A DNA stretch of 64,000 nucleotides from Terriglobia bacterium (GTDB taxonomy: Bacteria > Acidobacteriota > Terriglobia > JAJPHL01 > JAPKYU01). Every line of letters starts with the position of its first letter. Within the stretch, counting starts at the first letter, position 1. The DNA lies in contig CBDCVK010000010.1 of assembly GCA_965223005.1 (NCBI GenBank), positions 1,606,324 through 1,670,323 of the forward strand, written 5' to 3'. Of the stretch, positions 40,132 through 50,571 are shown one piece after another. The translations under genes and the position numbers were made by a program. The notes beneath the pieces were generated by a model, which saw nothing but the letters and a program-made list of their open reading frames with translations, had not been told where the DNA came from and did not search any database.

Positions 40132-41565
40132 ATGCCGGCAGCTATGGAGGATAACACGGGCAAGACCGCGGGAGGCGCCACGGCGGGCGCCGACAAGTCA
40201 GGGCAACTCCCCTTAGTCGCCATTGTCGGCCGGCCTAACGTCGGCAAGTCCACCCTGTTCAACCGAATCACTGGGACACGACGGGCTATTGTGGGCAACG
40301 AACCGGGTATCACCCGCGACCGCATCTACGCAGAGGCCCAGTGGGGGCACAGTACGTTCCAGGTGGTCGACACCGGCGGCATGCTGCCTGGGGAACGCGA
40401 CCTGATGCCTCGCCAGATTCTCAAGCACGCCGAGCTGGCCATTCGGGAAGCAGCTCAGGTTGTGTTGGTGGTGGACGGTCGGGCGGAAATCACCGGCAGC
40501 GACAGCGAACTGGCCCGCCTGCTGCTGCGCACCGGCAAGCCGCTGGCGCTAGCAGTGAACAAGGTGGACAGGCCGAATCTGGAAGCGCAGATGCAAGAGT
40601 GGTACGCCTTGGGCATCGGCCGGGTTTTCTTCGTTTCCGCTGAGCACGGGACTGAAGTGGCGGAGTTGCTGGACGAGGTGACGCGCGATTTCCCCTCCGG
40701 CCCTGTGGAGGCCGCCGGCGAGCCCGAAGAAGCAAGAGAAGTCCGTGTAGCGATCATCGGCAAGCCCAACGTCGGCAAGTCCACGCTGTTGAACCTCATC
40801 GCCGGACAGGAGCGCGCCATGGTGACCCCGCTGCCCGGAACGACACGCGATGCAGTGGATCTGCTGGTGGAATCGCCGCTGGCCGGGCGGCTTCGCGTGG
40901 TGGACACCGCCGGCATTCGCCGCAAGAGCAAAACCAAGCTGATGACGGAAAAGCTGAGCGTGATGATGGCGCAGCGGCACATTCGCCTCTGCGACATTGC
41001 GCTGCTGCTGGTGGATGCCACCGAAGGGGCCACCGCCCTGGACGCGACCATCGCCCGCTACGCCCATGATCACGGCAAAGGACTGATCGTGGTCTTGAAC
41101 AAGTGGGACTTGGTCAACGACAAGCTCCGCAAGGCTGGCCTGCTGGCCGGCACCGTGCGCCGGGCGATGGAGTTCGTGGACTACGCTCCCATGCAGTTTC
41201 TCTCAGCCGCCAGCGGGTGGAACCTGGAGAAACTGCTCGAACGCATCCGACAGGTGGACCGGTCGCGCTCGCAGCGCATGCCGACTGCGGAGCTGAACCA
41301 GTTGTTTCAGAGCCTGGACCTGGAACGAGCTCCAGTCCCGGCGGCAAAGAAGGTAAAAATCTTCTACCTGACCCAGGCGGGGATACGCCCACCAACGTTC
41401 GTGCTGTTTACCGACCGCGCGGGAAAAATGCACCCTGCTTTTGAGCGCTTCCTGGAAAACCAGATCCGGCGGCGGTTCGGCTTTGCCGGAACGCCCATCC
41501 AGCTCCGGACCCGAGCGCGGAGAAAGCGCCGTTCAGCCGCCGGGAGCAAACGCTCAAGAGGGTAA
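40132..41565 (+). CDS. der: Ribosome biogenesis GTPase Der
   Basis: Two G domains (GRPNVGKS/DTGG/NKVD and GKPNVGKS/DTAG/NKWD) and a KH-like C-terminus. Confidence 0.97.
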   Translation: MPAAMEDNTGKTAGGATAGADKSGQLPLVAIVGRPNVGKSTLFNRITGTRRAIVGNEPGITRDRIYAEAQWGHSTFQVVDTGGMLPGERDLMPRQILKHAELAIREAAQVVLVVDGRAEITGSDSELARLLLRTGKPLALAVNKVDRPNLEAQMQEWYALGIGRVFFVSAEHGTEVAELLDEVTRDFPSGPVEAAGEPEEAREVRVAIIGKPNVGKSTLLNLIAGQERAMVTPLPGTTRDAVDLLVESPLAGRLRVVDTAGIRRKSKTKLMTEKLSVMMAQRHIRLCDIALLLVDATEGATALDATIARYAHDHGKGLIVVLNKWDLVNDKLRKAGLLAGTVRRAMEFVDYAPMQFLSAASGWNLEKLLERIRQVDRSRSQRMPTAELNQLFQSLDLERAPVPAAKKVKIFYLTQAGIRPPTFVLFTDRAGKMHPAFERFLENQIRRRFGFAGTPIQLRTRARRKRRSAAGSKRSRG

Positions 41566-41677
41566 CGTCATTTCGAACCCACCCTCCGTGAACCTGCCCT
41601 GTCGTGAACCTACCCTTTTGCTATCTCGAATAGCCTTCAGGCGCCGCTCTCATCGACCTGGAGTGGTAAACCCTCTG

Positions 41678-41866
41678 CTAAGGCACGCGGCGGGACACAC
41701 TCTTCCCGCACTCGGGACAGCAATGCGCTTCTTCGATCAGCCCGCCCAACGCCGGATCCACCTGCGCAGCCTCCTGGGGGCTCACCGGGTCTACCAGCTT
41801 GTCGGCGTGATGATTCATCTCGATTCTGCACTCGGGGCAAATCATTTTGGCGGTGCCTGCTGACAT
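41678..41866 (-). CDS. Small zinc-ribbon-like protein (62 aa)
   Basis: RBS ggagg then ATG. CPEC...MNHHA...HCCPECG. Confidence 0.75.
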   Translation of the reverse strand: MSAGTAKMICPECRIEMNHHADKLVDPVSPQEAAQVDPALGGLIEEAHCCPECGKSVSRRVP

Positions 41867-41895
41867 CGGTTCCCTCCAGTCTCCCTCAGTCTCCC

Positions 41896-42465
41896 TTACT
41901 CCAGGGAAATATTCTCCCGCCCGTAACGCAATGTCTTGGCCATCCAGGTGAGTTCCTTTAAGAACTTGTCCGTGCGTCGCAGGAACGCCTGGTCCAGCAG
42001 TTGACCGGACTGATCGAAGACCTTGTTCACACTTCCGAAGTTGACATCCCAGAAGATGGCCACCAGGCCCAGTTCGCGAAACACCGGCAGAAGGTTCTCG
42101 ATGACGCGAGTGCCGCCGAATGGACCTGCCGATACACTCGCGACGCCGACGGCTTTGTGAATGTATTCCTTGAGGCAACTGTCCAGCACATGCTTTAGCA
42201 GGCCGGGAAAACTGTGATTGTACTCCGGCGTCACAATCACTAGAGCGTCGGCAGCGTTCATCTTGGCCGAAAAGGCGGCGTCTTTGATGGCTTCGCCGGC
42301 ATCATCCATCGGCATCGGGAGTTGGGCTAGGTCAATGAACTCCGTAACCAGTCCCTCCCGCTTGTTGATCTGTTCCACCAGGAACCTAGCAGCATGCGCG
42401 CTGGACCGCCCTTTCCGGGTGGTTCCCAGGATGACCGGTATATTGAGAGGTCGTTCGCTGGCCAT
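41896..42465 (-). CDS. NAD(P)H-dependent FMN reductase
   Basis: GTTRKGRSS, TPEYNHSFPGLLK, S.GPFGG.R. Confidence 0.93.
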   Translation of the reverse strand: MASERPLNIPVILGTTRKGRSSAHAARFLVEQINKREGLVTEFIDLAQLPMPMDDAGEAIKDAAFSAKMNAADALVIVTPEYNHSFPGLLKHVLDSCLKEYIHKAVGVASVSAGPFGGTRVIENLLPVFRELGLVAIFWDVNFGSVNKVFDQSGQLLDQAFLRRTDKFLKELTWMAKTLRYGRENISLE

Positions 42466-42510
42466 GGCTTTGCCTCCTTGGGTGAGGGTCAGGGCAGAGG
42501 GGAGTGAAGG

Positions 42511-43617
42511 TCAGGGCAGTGGGGCCACCTCGCAGAATACTTTGATCGCGCCTTTGGTCTCAGTGAGGGTTTTCATGAGCTCGGCGTAATTCTCCAGGCC
42601 CTTGATCGGATGTGTCAGCAGCTTTGCGAGCCAGCCCGGATAGGCGAGTTCCGCCTGTGCCAGGTCTTGTACACCGCGCTCAAAGTCGGCCCGGCTGGCG
42701 TTCACACTGCCGAAGGCCACCTTGTTCCCCAGCACGAAGCCCTGGTTGATTTGGTCGGCAGGAATTTCCAGTTTCCGATTGCCGCCGGTCACGCTAACCA
42801 TAGCCAGCACCCCATTCTTGCCCAGCGCCTCCATGGCCTCAAACACCAGCGGGGAAAATCCAGTTCCTTCGAAGATGAAATCGAAAGGGCCGAATTCTTC
42901 GGAAGCCTGCTTTAACGTCTTGCTCTTTGTGCTGATGTAGCGCACGCCGATTTCTTCCAGCAACTCTGAATTCAGAAATGGTGGCTGTCTGAGTGCCAGA
43001 GCCACTGCTTCCAAGCCCCGCAACCGGAGAAACAAAGCGGTTAGCAACCCCAACGTTCCAGTTCCTAGGACGGCCGCACGACGCGGCCGCCAGACACGGA
43101 GTCGGCGCTGGATTTCGTATGCCTGCGTGATTGCCTTCTCCGCAACGCTGGTTGGCTCCAACAGCACGGCCACCGGCTTCAGTCTTTCCGGCACCTTGAC
43201 CAGGAACTCGGCCGAGTCCGCAAAATACTCGGCCAGGTATCCGTGCCGAAGGTTAATGCCGCGCTCGAAGTAGGTGTCATCGGTGGTCATGTCCTGCAAG
43301 CCGATCCGGTCGTAGAGGCTTGAACCGGGCCGCCGAACGGAGGGGACCACGTAATCCCCGGGCTTGAACTCCCCTACATTGGGGCCGACAGCTTCCACCT
43401 GCCCGAAGCTTTCATGCCCCAGAATAAGGTAGTCGTCGCCGGTCGGCGCCGCGCCGTACTCAGCAGCATTGATTTCTTTGTCGGTGCCGTCCACCCCGAC
43501 GCGCAGGATCTTCACCAGAACGCCGCGGCCATCAGGAACCTCGTCCACCATGGGCTTGGGTGCGTCCCGCAGATGAATGCTATTGGGCTTGCCGGGAATG
43601 ACTGCAACCGCTTTCAT
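42511..43617 (-). CDS. Zn-dependent (MDR) glucose 1-dehydrogenase, archaeal type
   Basis: GVDGTD.EI, LGHES, VRRP, ERGI...HG, EP.S..EKA, GSVNA. Confidence 0.88.
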   Translation of the reverse strand: MKAVAVIPGKPNSIHLRDAPKPMVDEVPDGRGVLVKILRVGVDGTDKEINAAEYGAAPTGDDYLILGHESFGQVEAVGPNVGEFKPGDYVVPSVRRPGSSLYDRIGLQDMTTDDTYFERGINLRHGYLAEYFADSAEFLVKVPERLKPVAVLLEPTSVAEKAITQAYEIQRRLRVWRPRRAAVLGTGTLGLLTALFLRLRGLEAVALALRQPPFLNSELLEEIGVRYISTKSKTLKQASEEFGPFDFIFEGTGFSPLVFEAMEALGKNGVLAMVSVTGGNRKLEIPADQINQGFVLGNKVAFGSVNASRADFERGVQDLAQAELAYPGWLAKLLTHPIKGLENYAELMKTLTETKGAIKVFCEVAPLP

Positions 43618-43716
43618 GTGTTTTCTCCTTACGCTCGAACGAGTAAAGACCCCAACCTCTTTGCCTCATCCGGGCTTATCCAGTGTATCGGCACGAGCCT
43701 TGAGAAACTGCAGCGT

Positions 43717-44106
43717 TCACCAGCCCAGTAAATTCCTCAGGGTCCAGTCTCCAGGTCCTGATAGCGCGATTGTGAGCGACATCACCAGGAGCAAGAGATT
43801 AAAATCCCATCCGGCTGTCTTCCCTGTGTGAAAGGGAACCTTCCACTTAAGGGCAAAGCCAGTTGCTCCAGCCATCAGCAGGACGAGTCCCCACCCAGCC
43901 CATTGGGCCAGGACTCCCGTGAGCATTCCGAGCGACCCCAGAAACTCTCCGAGCGCGGTGAGGACAGTCCCGGGGAGGCCACCAGGCAGTTCCTTGGCGT
44001 ACTTCTTGAGATCCACGAGCTTGCTCCAACCCTCGTAGACAAACACTAGGAACAAAGCAACCCGCAGCGAGAAGAGAGCAAGATCGGGATTCATTGGCAG
44101 CGACAT
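43717..44106 (-). CDS. DoxX family membrane protein
   Basis: LR...F...G..KL, EF.G, GWDF..L, GPG.W.L, with four hydrophobic helices. Confidence 0.88.
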   Translation of the reverse strand: MSLPMNPDLALFSLRVALFLVFVYEGWSKLVDLKKYAKELPGGLPGTVLTALGEFLGSLGMLTGVLAQWAGWGLVLLMAGATGFALKWKVPFHTGKTAGWDFNLLLLVMSLTIALSGPGDWTLRNLLGW

Positions 44107-44158
44107 CGTTCATACTCCTTCACGGCCCCGGGGAATTGTCGTGGACTTGGGTTTGGCC

Positions 44159-45729
44159 CTACTGCAGCCTTTCCTTCAGGTGATCGGCCACGCGCAAAGC
44201 GTTGGCGATGATCGTCAGTGCCGGATTGACCGCGCCGCTCGAAGGGAAAACGCTACCGTCGACCACATAGAGATTGTCGACATCGTGAGCCTTGCAGTTG
44301 GGATCAAGTACCGACGCCTTCGGATCACGCCCGAAGCGGATGGTCCCGTTCTGGTGCGCCACGCCCGCCAGCGGAATGCGCTGGCCGATGAACAGGTTGC
44401 GCGCAAACAAACCGACGTGGCACTTGTGGCCGTGCTCGGAACACTTGGTCTGCTGCTGCATCACGTTCTCGAGCTTCTTCACCAAGCGCTTGTACGCCTC
44501 GAGGTTGTTGGGCGTATAGGTCAGTACGATCTCGCCGTCGCGATTGAGCGTGACTCGGTTGTTCGGGTCGGGCAGGTCCTCCGCCGTCAGCCAGAAGTCA
44601 AGCGAATGCTTGCCCATGAGGTCCAGCGTGAAGCCGGGGGCGATGGCGGGCGCGCCGGCCGAGAGCGTCACCCCATCGAGCTTCCCCACGAACGAGATGT
44701 GACCCATGGGGTGGTTCCATTCTTTGGAGCCGAAATAGAAGTCGTTGACGGCCAGCGTCTTCTGGAAAACGGTCGGATTGGGGCAGCGGGAAATCGCCAG
44801 CACCACACCGTTCGTGTGCCCCATGTAGAAACGGCCCACCGCATCAGAGCTGTTGGCCAGCCCCTGCGGATGGTTGTCGTTCGCCGAGCGCAGGAGCAGA
44901 GCGGCGGAGTTGACGGCCCCGCAGGAGACAACCACGATGTTGGCGGCGTATTCCTCGCGCGCACCGTTGTGTTTGACGACCACCTTGGTGACCTCTCGCC
45001 CCGAAGGGCTGGTCTCCAGGCGCTCCACGTAGGCGTTGGTTATCAGCGAAACGTTGGGCTGCTCGACCGCCGGGTCTACGCAGACGAGCTGGGTGTCCGC
45101 CTTGGCGTGAACCAAACAGGGATGGCCGTCGCAGGTGTCGCAGCGGATGCATCGGCTCGTACGCGGGTTCTTCTCATCGAGCATGATGCCGAGCGGCACA
45201 TGGAAGGGCTTGAGGCCGACGCGTGCGAAGTCGTCGCTCAACTGCTGGATACGCGGCTCATGGCTGACAGGCGGAAACGGATAGGGCTCGCTGGCGGGCG
45301 GCTCGGTCGGGTCGACACCCCGCTCGCCGTGCACCTGATAGAGCTGTTCTGCTTTGGTGTAGTAGGACTCCAAGTCTTCGTAGCTGATGGGCCAGGCGGG
45401 TGAGAGGCCGCCGTGGTGCTTGATTTCGCCGAAGTCTTCCTTGCGCAAGCGAAACAGGGCGGCGCCATAGACCTTGGTGTTGCCGCCGACATAGTAGTTC
45501 GTGTGCGGGTGCAGCGGTTTGCCGTCCTTATCGCGCCACACTTCCTTGGTGTGGTATTTGCCTTCGAGGTCACGGCACGGGTGCTCCAGTTGTCCTTCTC
45601 GCGGGGGACGTAGTCCCCGCGCTCGATAATGAGGATGCGCTTGCCGGCGGGCGCCAGAGCGTAGGCGAGTGTTCCACCGCCCGCACCGGAGCCGATGATG
45701 ATTACATCGTAGCGGTTCCCCTGAGACAT
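44159..45729 (-). CDS. GMC family oxidoreductase, with a -1 frameshift near 45570
   Basis: YDVIIIGSGAGGG in one frame; VGGNTKVYGA, CIRCDTCDGHPC, HQNGT and NPALTI in the next. Adding one A (gtgac to gtgaac) restores RAVNLEGKYHTKEVW. Confidence 0.9.
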
Positions 45730-45782
45730 GGAGTCCCCCTTCTCTTCAGATCGAACTTGTCGCTGCATCCTATGTCATCTTA

Positions 45783-45812
45783 CTGATCCTGGCTGATCCT
45801 GGCTGATCCTGG
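45783..45812. repeat. Three perfect 10-bp tandem repeats (ctgatcctgg), intergenic
   Basis: Read directly between the GH15 stop and the GMC start. Confidence 0.92.
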
Positions 45813-45816
45813 GTGG

Positions 45817-47652
45817 TTAGCCTCGGGCTCCGAGCGCCCGGTCAAGATTGTAGGCTGCGCTGATCAACGCCAGGTGAGTGAACGCCTGTGGGAAATTTCC
45901 CAACGCCTCACCGCTGTGTCCGGTTTCCTCGGCATAGAGCCCCACATGGTTGGCGTAGCCCAGCATCTTTTCAAACATCAGCCGCGCCTCTTCCAGTCGC
46001 GCCGGATTGTTCCGCGCGGCGCGGGTCATTGCTTCGACCAGCCAAAACGTGCAGATGTTAAACGTCCCCTCTTCTCCCGCCAGGCCATCACGGGTCTCCT
46101 CGACGTTGTAGCGATAGACGAGGCTGTTGGAGACCAACCCGCCTTTGGCCGGCGACCGGTTGGTGGCGTCCAGCGTTTTCAGCATCCGGAGATCGGTCGG
46201 CGACATGAAGAAGACAAGCGGCATGATCAGGTTGGCCGCATCCAGGGATTCGCTGCCGTAATGCTGCACGAACGCCTCGCGCTTTGCATTCCAGCCCTTG
46301 GACAGGATCTCTTCGTAAATCTCATCCCGGACCTTCGACCAGCGGTTGCGATCGGCGGGGAAGGAGCGCTTATCGGCCAGGCGCAAACCCCTGTCCAGAG
46401 CGACCCAGCACATTACCTTCGAATAAAGGAAGTGCTGCTGCCCGCCCCGGACTTCCCAAATACCTTCGTCCTTTCGCCGCCAGTTTTTGCAGACCCAGTT
46501 CAGCAGCCGCCGCAGGTCGGTCCACAGGTCATAGGAGATGGGGCTGCCGTACTTGTTGTACAGGTAGACCGAGTCCATCAGCTCGCCGTAAATGTCGAGT
46601 TGCAGCTGGTTGTAGGCGCCGTTGCCGACCCGCACCGGACGCGACTGCTTGTAGCCCTCCAGATGCTTCATGGTCTTCTCGGTCAACTTGTGACGCCCGT
46701 CGATGCCGTACATGATTTGCAGCGACCCATCGGGGTTCAGCTCCCGAACACGGGCGCTGAGCCACTCCATGAACTTGGCCGCCGCTTCGGTGAACCCGAT
46801 ACGCAGGAGCCCGTAGAGGGTAAAGGCAGCGTCGCGAATCCAGGTATAGCGATAGTCCCAGTTGCGTTCGCCCCCCACACCTTCCGGTAAGCTACAGGTA
46901 GGCGCGGCAACGATAGCCCCGGTCGGCTCAAAGGTCAGCAGCTTCAGCGCTAGTGCAGAGCGCTCCACCATCTCCCGCCACCGTCCCTTGTAAGTGCACT
47001 TGGAAAGCCACCGGCGCCAGTATTCGACCGTCTTCCTGAACAGCTCCTCAGCTTCCTCCTCGGCCAGCGAGACGCCGCAGCCGGCCCCCTTCGCCATCTC
47101 CTGCAGCACAAAAACCGCCGTCTGATCTTCATGAAGCGTGAACTCAGCGCTGACCCCCGTGCCGTTTCGCTTCAGGCGGACACGCGTCGCTAACCCGAGG
47201 CTGAACTTGGGTGAGCGGAAGCAAGCGCCTCCGGCGCTGATTTTTGTGGTGTGCTTGTCCCGCGCGTAGTTGAAAGCCGGCTGGCAGTCCAGGCGAAAGC
47301 TCAGCGAGCCGCGCACCACATTGACGCGGCGGACTACCTGGTGATGTCCATGCTCGTCTGCCGGCCCTCCCACCGGCATGTAATCCGTGATCTCGGCGAC
47401 ACCCTGAGGGCAAAGGAAACGGGTCACCAGAACGTTCGTTCCCGGCCAGTAGAACTGCTTTTGGGTGACCTCGGGCACCGTGGGAGCAATCTGAAAGCGC
47501 CCGCCTTTTTTGTCATCGAGGATGGCCGCGAACACGCTCGGTGAATCGAAGTGCGGACAACAGAACCAATCGATCGAACCGTTCATTCCCACCAAAGCTA
47601 CCGTGTGCATATCGCCAATGATTCCGTAGTCTTCAATCGGTTGATAAGCCAT
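45817..47652 (-). CDS. Glycoside hydrolase family 15 (trehalase/glucoamylase-like)
   Basis: [59 protein letters not shown]. Confidence 0.95.
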   Translation of the reverse strand: MAYQPIEDYGIIGDMHTVALVGMNGSIDWFCCPHFDSPSVFAAILDDKKGGRFQIAPTVPEVTQKQFYWPGTNVLVTRFLCPQGVAEITDYMPVGGPADEHGHHQVVRRVNVVRGSLSFRLDCQPAFNYARDKHTTKISAGGACFRSPKFSLGLATRVRLKRNGTGVSAEFTLHEDQTAVFVLQEMAKGAGCGVSLAEEEAEELFRKTVEYWRRWLSKCTYKGRWREMVERSALALKLLTFEPTGAIVAAPTCSLPEGVGGERNWDYRYTWIRDAAFTLYGLLRIGFTEAAAKFMEWLSARVRELNPDGSLQIMYGIDGRHKLTEKTMKHLEGYKQSRPVRVGNGAYNQLQLDIYGELMDSVYLYNKYGSPISYDLWTDLRRLLNWVCKNWRRKDEGIWEVRGGQQHFLYSKVMCWVALDRGLRLADKRSFPADRNRWSKVRDEIYEEILSKGWNAKREAFVQHYGSESLDAANLIMPLVFFMSPTDLRMLKTLDATNRSPAKGGLVSNSLVYRYNVEETRDGLAGEEGTFNICTFWLVEAMTRAARNNPARLEEARLMFEKMLGYANHVGLYAEETGHSGEALGNFPQAFTHLALISAAYNLDRALGARG

Positions 47653-47921
47653 TCTGCTCCCTCCTCTGCTCTTGCTGCGCCAGCGGTCGGCTTTCCCAGT
47701 GAGTGGCGGCCCGGTGAGAGGTCCGGTGACCGGTCAGAATACGCGAAGTCTCCCCTTGCTCGCCATCCATACCCTCATACACGCCGGCCAATCGCGTGCC
47801 TGTTCATCGCCCGGCATTCGTGTGTGCTCCATTTCGCGGTTCGATTCACCGCCGTTGCTCAGTCGAGACCGGGCGCCCTTGGGAGAACTCTGGGGGGGGG
47901 GATAGTTGGCCTTGACTCCGC

Positions 47922-48695
47922 TCACTGGGTCTTGTACCCACAGTGAAAGATGCAGCGCTTGTTATTCTGATGGTGGAGCTTGGCGCAGATGACTTTCGGT
48001 TGTCCCTTCCGCCGCAGGTACACCTCAGCTGCCAGGAGCATTCCCAGCGGCGGGGCCGTAAAGTATATCCATAATGCTGTCCACAGCCGAGCCGGGACTG
48101 CGGAAGCCAAAGTACGCGCCGGATTCATGCTCATGCCCGAAAGCGGAGCTTCGACCAGGATATAGGTCCCCACCAGGACCCCGGCGAACAGTCCCGTAAA
48201 GCGCGCCATGCGGGCGTTATTGGTAGCCAGCAGGACAACAGACATCAGGAAGAACGAGATCACCAGCTCAGCCAGGAACGCGATGCCGCGCCCGTGCGTC
48301 CCGGGAACCGTGGCGACGTAGCGAACCGAGGGATGGCCGATTGCACTTTTTAGCACCAAAGCCACGAGCAAGATTCCAGCCAGCGCGCCGGCGAACTGAG
48401 CTACGACATAGAAATATGCGTCCCAGGGCTTGATTTTTCCGAGCCGGAAGAAGGTCAGCGTGATCGCGGGATTAATGTGTGCCCCGGACTGCTTGCCCCA
48501 CGGCGAATAAATAATAGCCACGGCCGTCAGGCCCATCAGGGAGCGGCGAAGCCAAGGGTTGGCGATGGCCTGACGGGCGGGCGAACCCGGGTACTCAAAA
48601 AATGTGGCAAAGACACCCGCCGAGATCATGAACAAGCTGAGCCCGGCAGCCTCCATGAGATATTCGGGCCAGTGGTGTTTTAATGCTTCACGCAT
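47922..48695 (-). CDS. MIP/aquaporin family channel
   Basis: SGAHINPA and SMNPART (two NPA motifs). Cys/His-rich tail. Confidence 0.93.
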   Translation of the reverse strand: MREALKHHWPEYLMEAAGLSLFMISAGVFATFFEYPGSPARQAIANPWLRRSLMGLTAVAIIYSPWGKQSGAHINPAITLTFFRLGKIKPWDAYFYVVAQFAGALAGILLVALVLKSAIGHPSVRYVATVPGTHGRGIAFLAELVISFFLMSVVLLATNNARMARFTGLFAGVLVGTYILVEAPLSGMSMNPARTLASAVPARLWTALWIYFTAPPLGMLLAAEVYLRRKGQPKVICAKLHHQNNKRCIFHCGYKTQ

Positions 48696-48785
48696 GGCCT
48701 CGTCTTAACGAGCGTTGCGTTCCAACCCTTTCCTCTTGCCTGACCATCAAGTTATCTTCCTCTACCCAATTGTTAGGTCCTCAGA

Positions 48786-49568
48786 TCAGGCGGCGAGACG
48801 CTGCAGCACCAACAGCGTTTCGTCATCGCGGGTGGGCGCGTCGTTCCGAAACCTTCGCACGGCGGTGAGCAGGGCTTTCGTGGCGGCTTCCGGTGAATCC
48901 GTTGGCAGTCTATTCGCCAGCTCCAACAACCCTTCGTGGCCCAATTCCTCGCCCGCCTCATTCATCGCTTCCGAGAGCGCATCGGTATAGATCACCAAGA
49001 CGTCGTTGGGCTTCAAGAGTATCGCGGACTGATGGTACTCGGTGCCCGGAATCAATCCCAAGGGCAGACCGGCCACATCGTTCTCGGCGTGTGGTGTATC
49101 TTCCTTGAGCAAATCCCAGTTTCTTTGGGCTGCATGGTACCAGAGTGGAGGGAGGTGTCCGGCGTTGGTGAAGACCAACTGGCCGGTCAGGCGGTAGAAG
49201 CCCAAGACTACCACGGTGGCGAACTTGACCCCGGGCAACCCCTGTCGGAAGGCCTCGTTGAGTTCGCGCATGAAGTTTACCTGGTCCCAGGTGTTGATGT
49301 GCTTATGCATTAGTCCGCGTAGTTTCTCAGCCAGCGAACTGACCGCTTGACCGTGGCCGCTGACGTCGGCCACGGCTACGCGCGTGAGCACGTCCTGGTC
49401 GCACACGGAAAGGTAATGGACGTCCCCACCGCTTGTGGCGGGGCGGAGTGGAGCAGAATAGACCCAGCCCGCCAGACCTGGCAGCTCCACCGGCCGGGAC
49501 ACGTTACGATTGCCGCCCCAAATTTCCATGCAAGCCAGTTTGTGGACGCCTTGCTCGTCGCCCCTCAT
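48786..49568 (-). CDS. Stand-alone PP2C/SpoIIE (RsbU-like) serine phosphatase
   Basis: GGD, ADVSGHG, NAGH, YTDAL.E, DDET. Confidence 0.9.
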   Translation of the reverse strand: MRGDEQGVHKLACMEIWGGNRNVSRPVELPGLAGWVYSAPLRPATSGGDVHYLSVCDQDVLTRVAVADVSGHGQAVSSLAEKLRGLMHKHINTWDQVNFMRELNEAFRQGLPGVKFATVVVLGFYRLTGQLVFTNAGHLPPLWYHAAQRNWDLLKEDTPHAENDVAGLPLGLIPGTEYHQSAILLKPNDVLVIYTDALSEAMNEAGEELGHEGLLELANRLPTDSPEAATKALLTAVRRFRNDAPTRDDETLLVLQRLAA

Positions 49569-49801
49569 GCGAACTCCTTAACCGGAATTTCCGAGTTCCC
49601 GCCCTTCCTCCTGCCTGACCACTTGGACGCCCTAGTTGTACAACGCAACAGAACTTGGTCCAGATGCCGGGGAGCCCGTAAAACGCTGGTGCAGATTTCC
49701 GGTCTCATCGTTTTGGCCTGCGCGGTGACTCGCCCTGGACGGAGTGGTTATTGGCGAATGCTTGGAGAAAATGTCCAACCCCATCCACATTCTGCAGGGT
49801 A

Positions 49802-50416
49802 TCATCGGCTGCGGTCCGGCCTCTCCGTCGGAGGGTTCGACCCAGGTCCTGGCAAAGGCGCTTTTCCCCGACTCCCCGACTCTTCCTGGATCAGCGTGCC
49901 CAGGTCCGGATAAGCGTATACGACGGGAGCGTTGTTTTGCATGAGGCCACCGGTGTCGGAGGTCGGCCCATAGCTGCTGTGAAGGTCGCGGTTCAGCATG
50001 CGTAGCATCGCCATTTGCTGACCTCGGTGGTGCGAAGTGTGAGCGATCCGTCGGACCACGACCCAGGCGCGGGAGCGCACGATATCGAAGAATCGCGTGT
50101 CCTGTTCCCACCAGTCCTCGTCCTTTGAGCGTAACACTTCCAGTCGTTCGCCGGAGTCCGCAGCGTACCGCAGGATAAACCCTAGTCGAGCCTCTTCTTC
50201 CGGAAGGGGAGGCGCATGGACATCAATGCCGAGCATGGTCCGGAACCAAAAATCTTCGCTGACGCACTGATGGACCATCTGTTCGTGAACGCTGCGGCCC
50301 CGCCGATCCGTGGAGTGAGGGCGGAAGGGGAGATGCTCGTCGCTGAACATGCTCCATACACTGAGCACTTTGAGGCGCTCTGTCTCGTAGGTGTCGATGA
50401 GAAATTGGTAGCGCAT
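49802..50416 (-). CDS. DinB family protein
   Basis: R.V.EQMVH and H..HHRGQ...LR.L His triad. Start MRYQFL at 50416. Confidence 0.85.
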   Translation of the reverse strand: MRYQFLIDTYETERLKVLSVWSMFSDEHLPFRPHSTDRRGRSVHEQMVHQCVSEDFWFRTMLGIDVHAPPLPEEEARLGFILRYAADSGERLEVLRSKDEDWWEQDTRFFDIVRSRAWVVVRRIAHTSHHRGQQMAMLRMLNRDLHSSYGPTSDTGGLMQNNAPVVYAYPDLGTLIQEESGSRGKAPLPGPGSNPPTERPDRSR

Positions 50417-50571
50417 CGGCGCAGGCATTCTCCTGGTTGGATTAGGTGAGTGGCACTCAGGAGTCATGGGTGGCGAACAACGTAGCGAGCCGTCGAGAGT
50501 GGAAATTCGCCCTCGAGTGATGACAGTCGCGAAATGAACTGCGTTGTGAGAGCGCCCGAACGACCATTGGC

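Noticed and set aside
41575-41616. Three degenerate gaacc..ccct repeats after der
   Set aside because: Short, imperfect and between convergent genes; too weak to assign a function.
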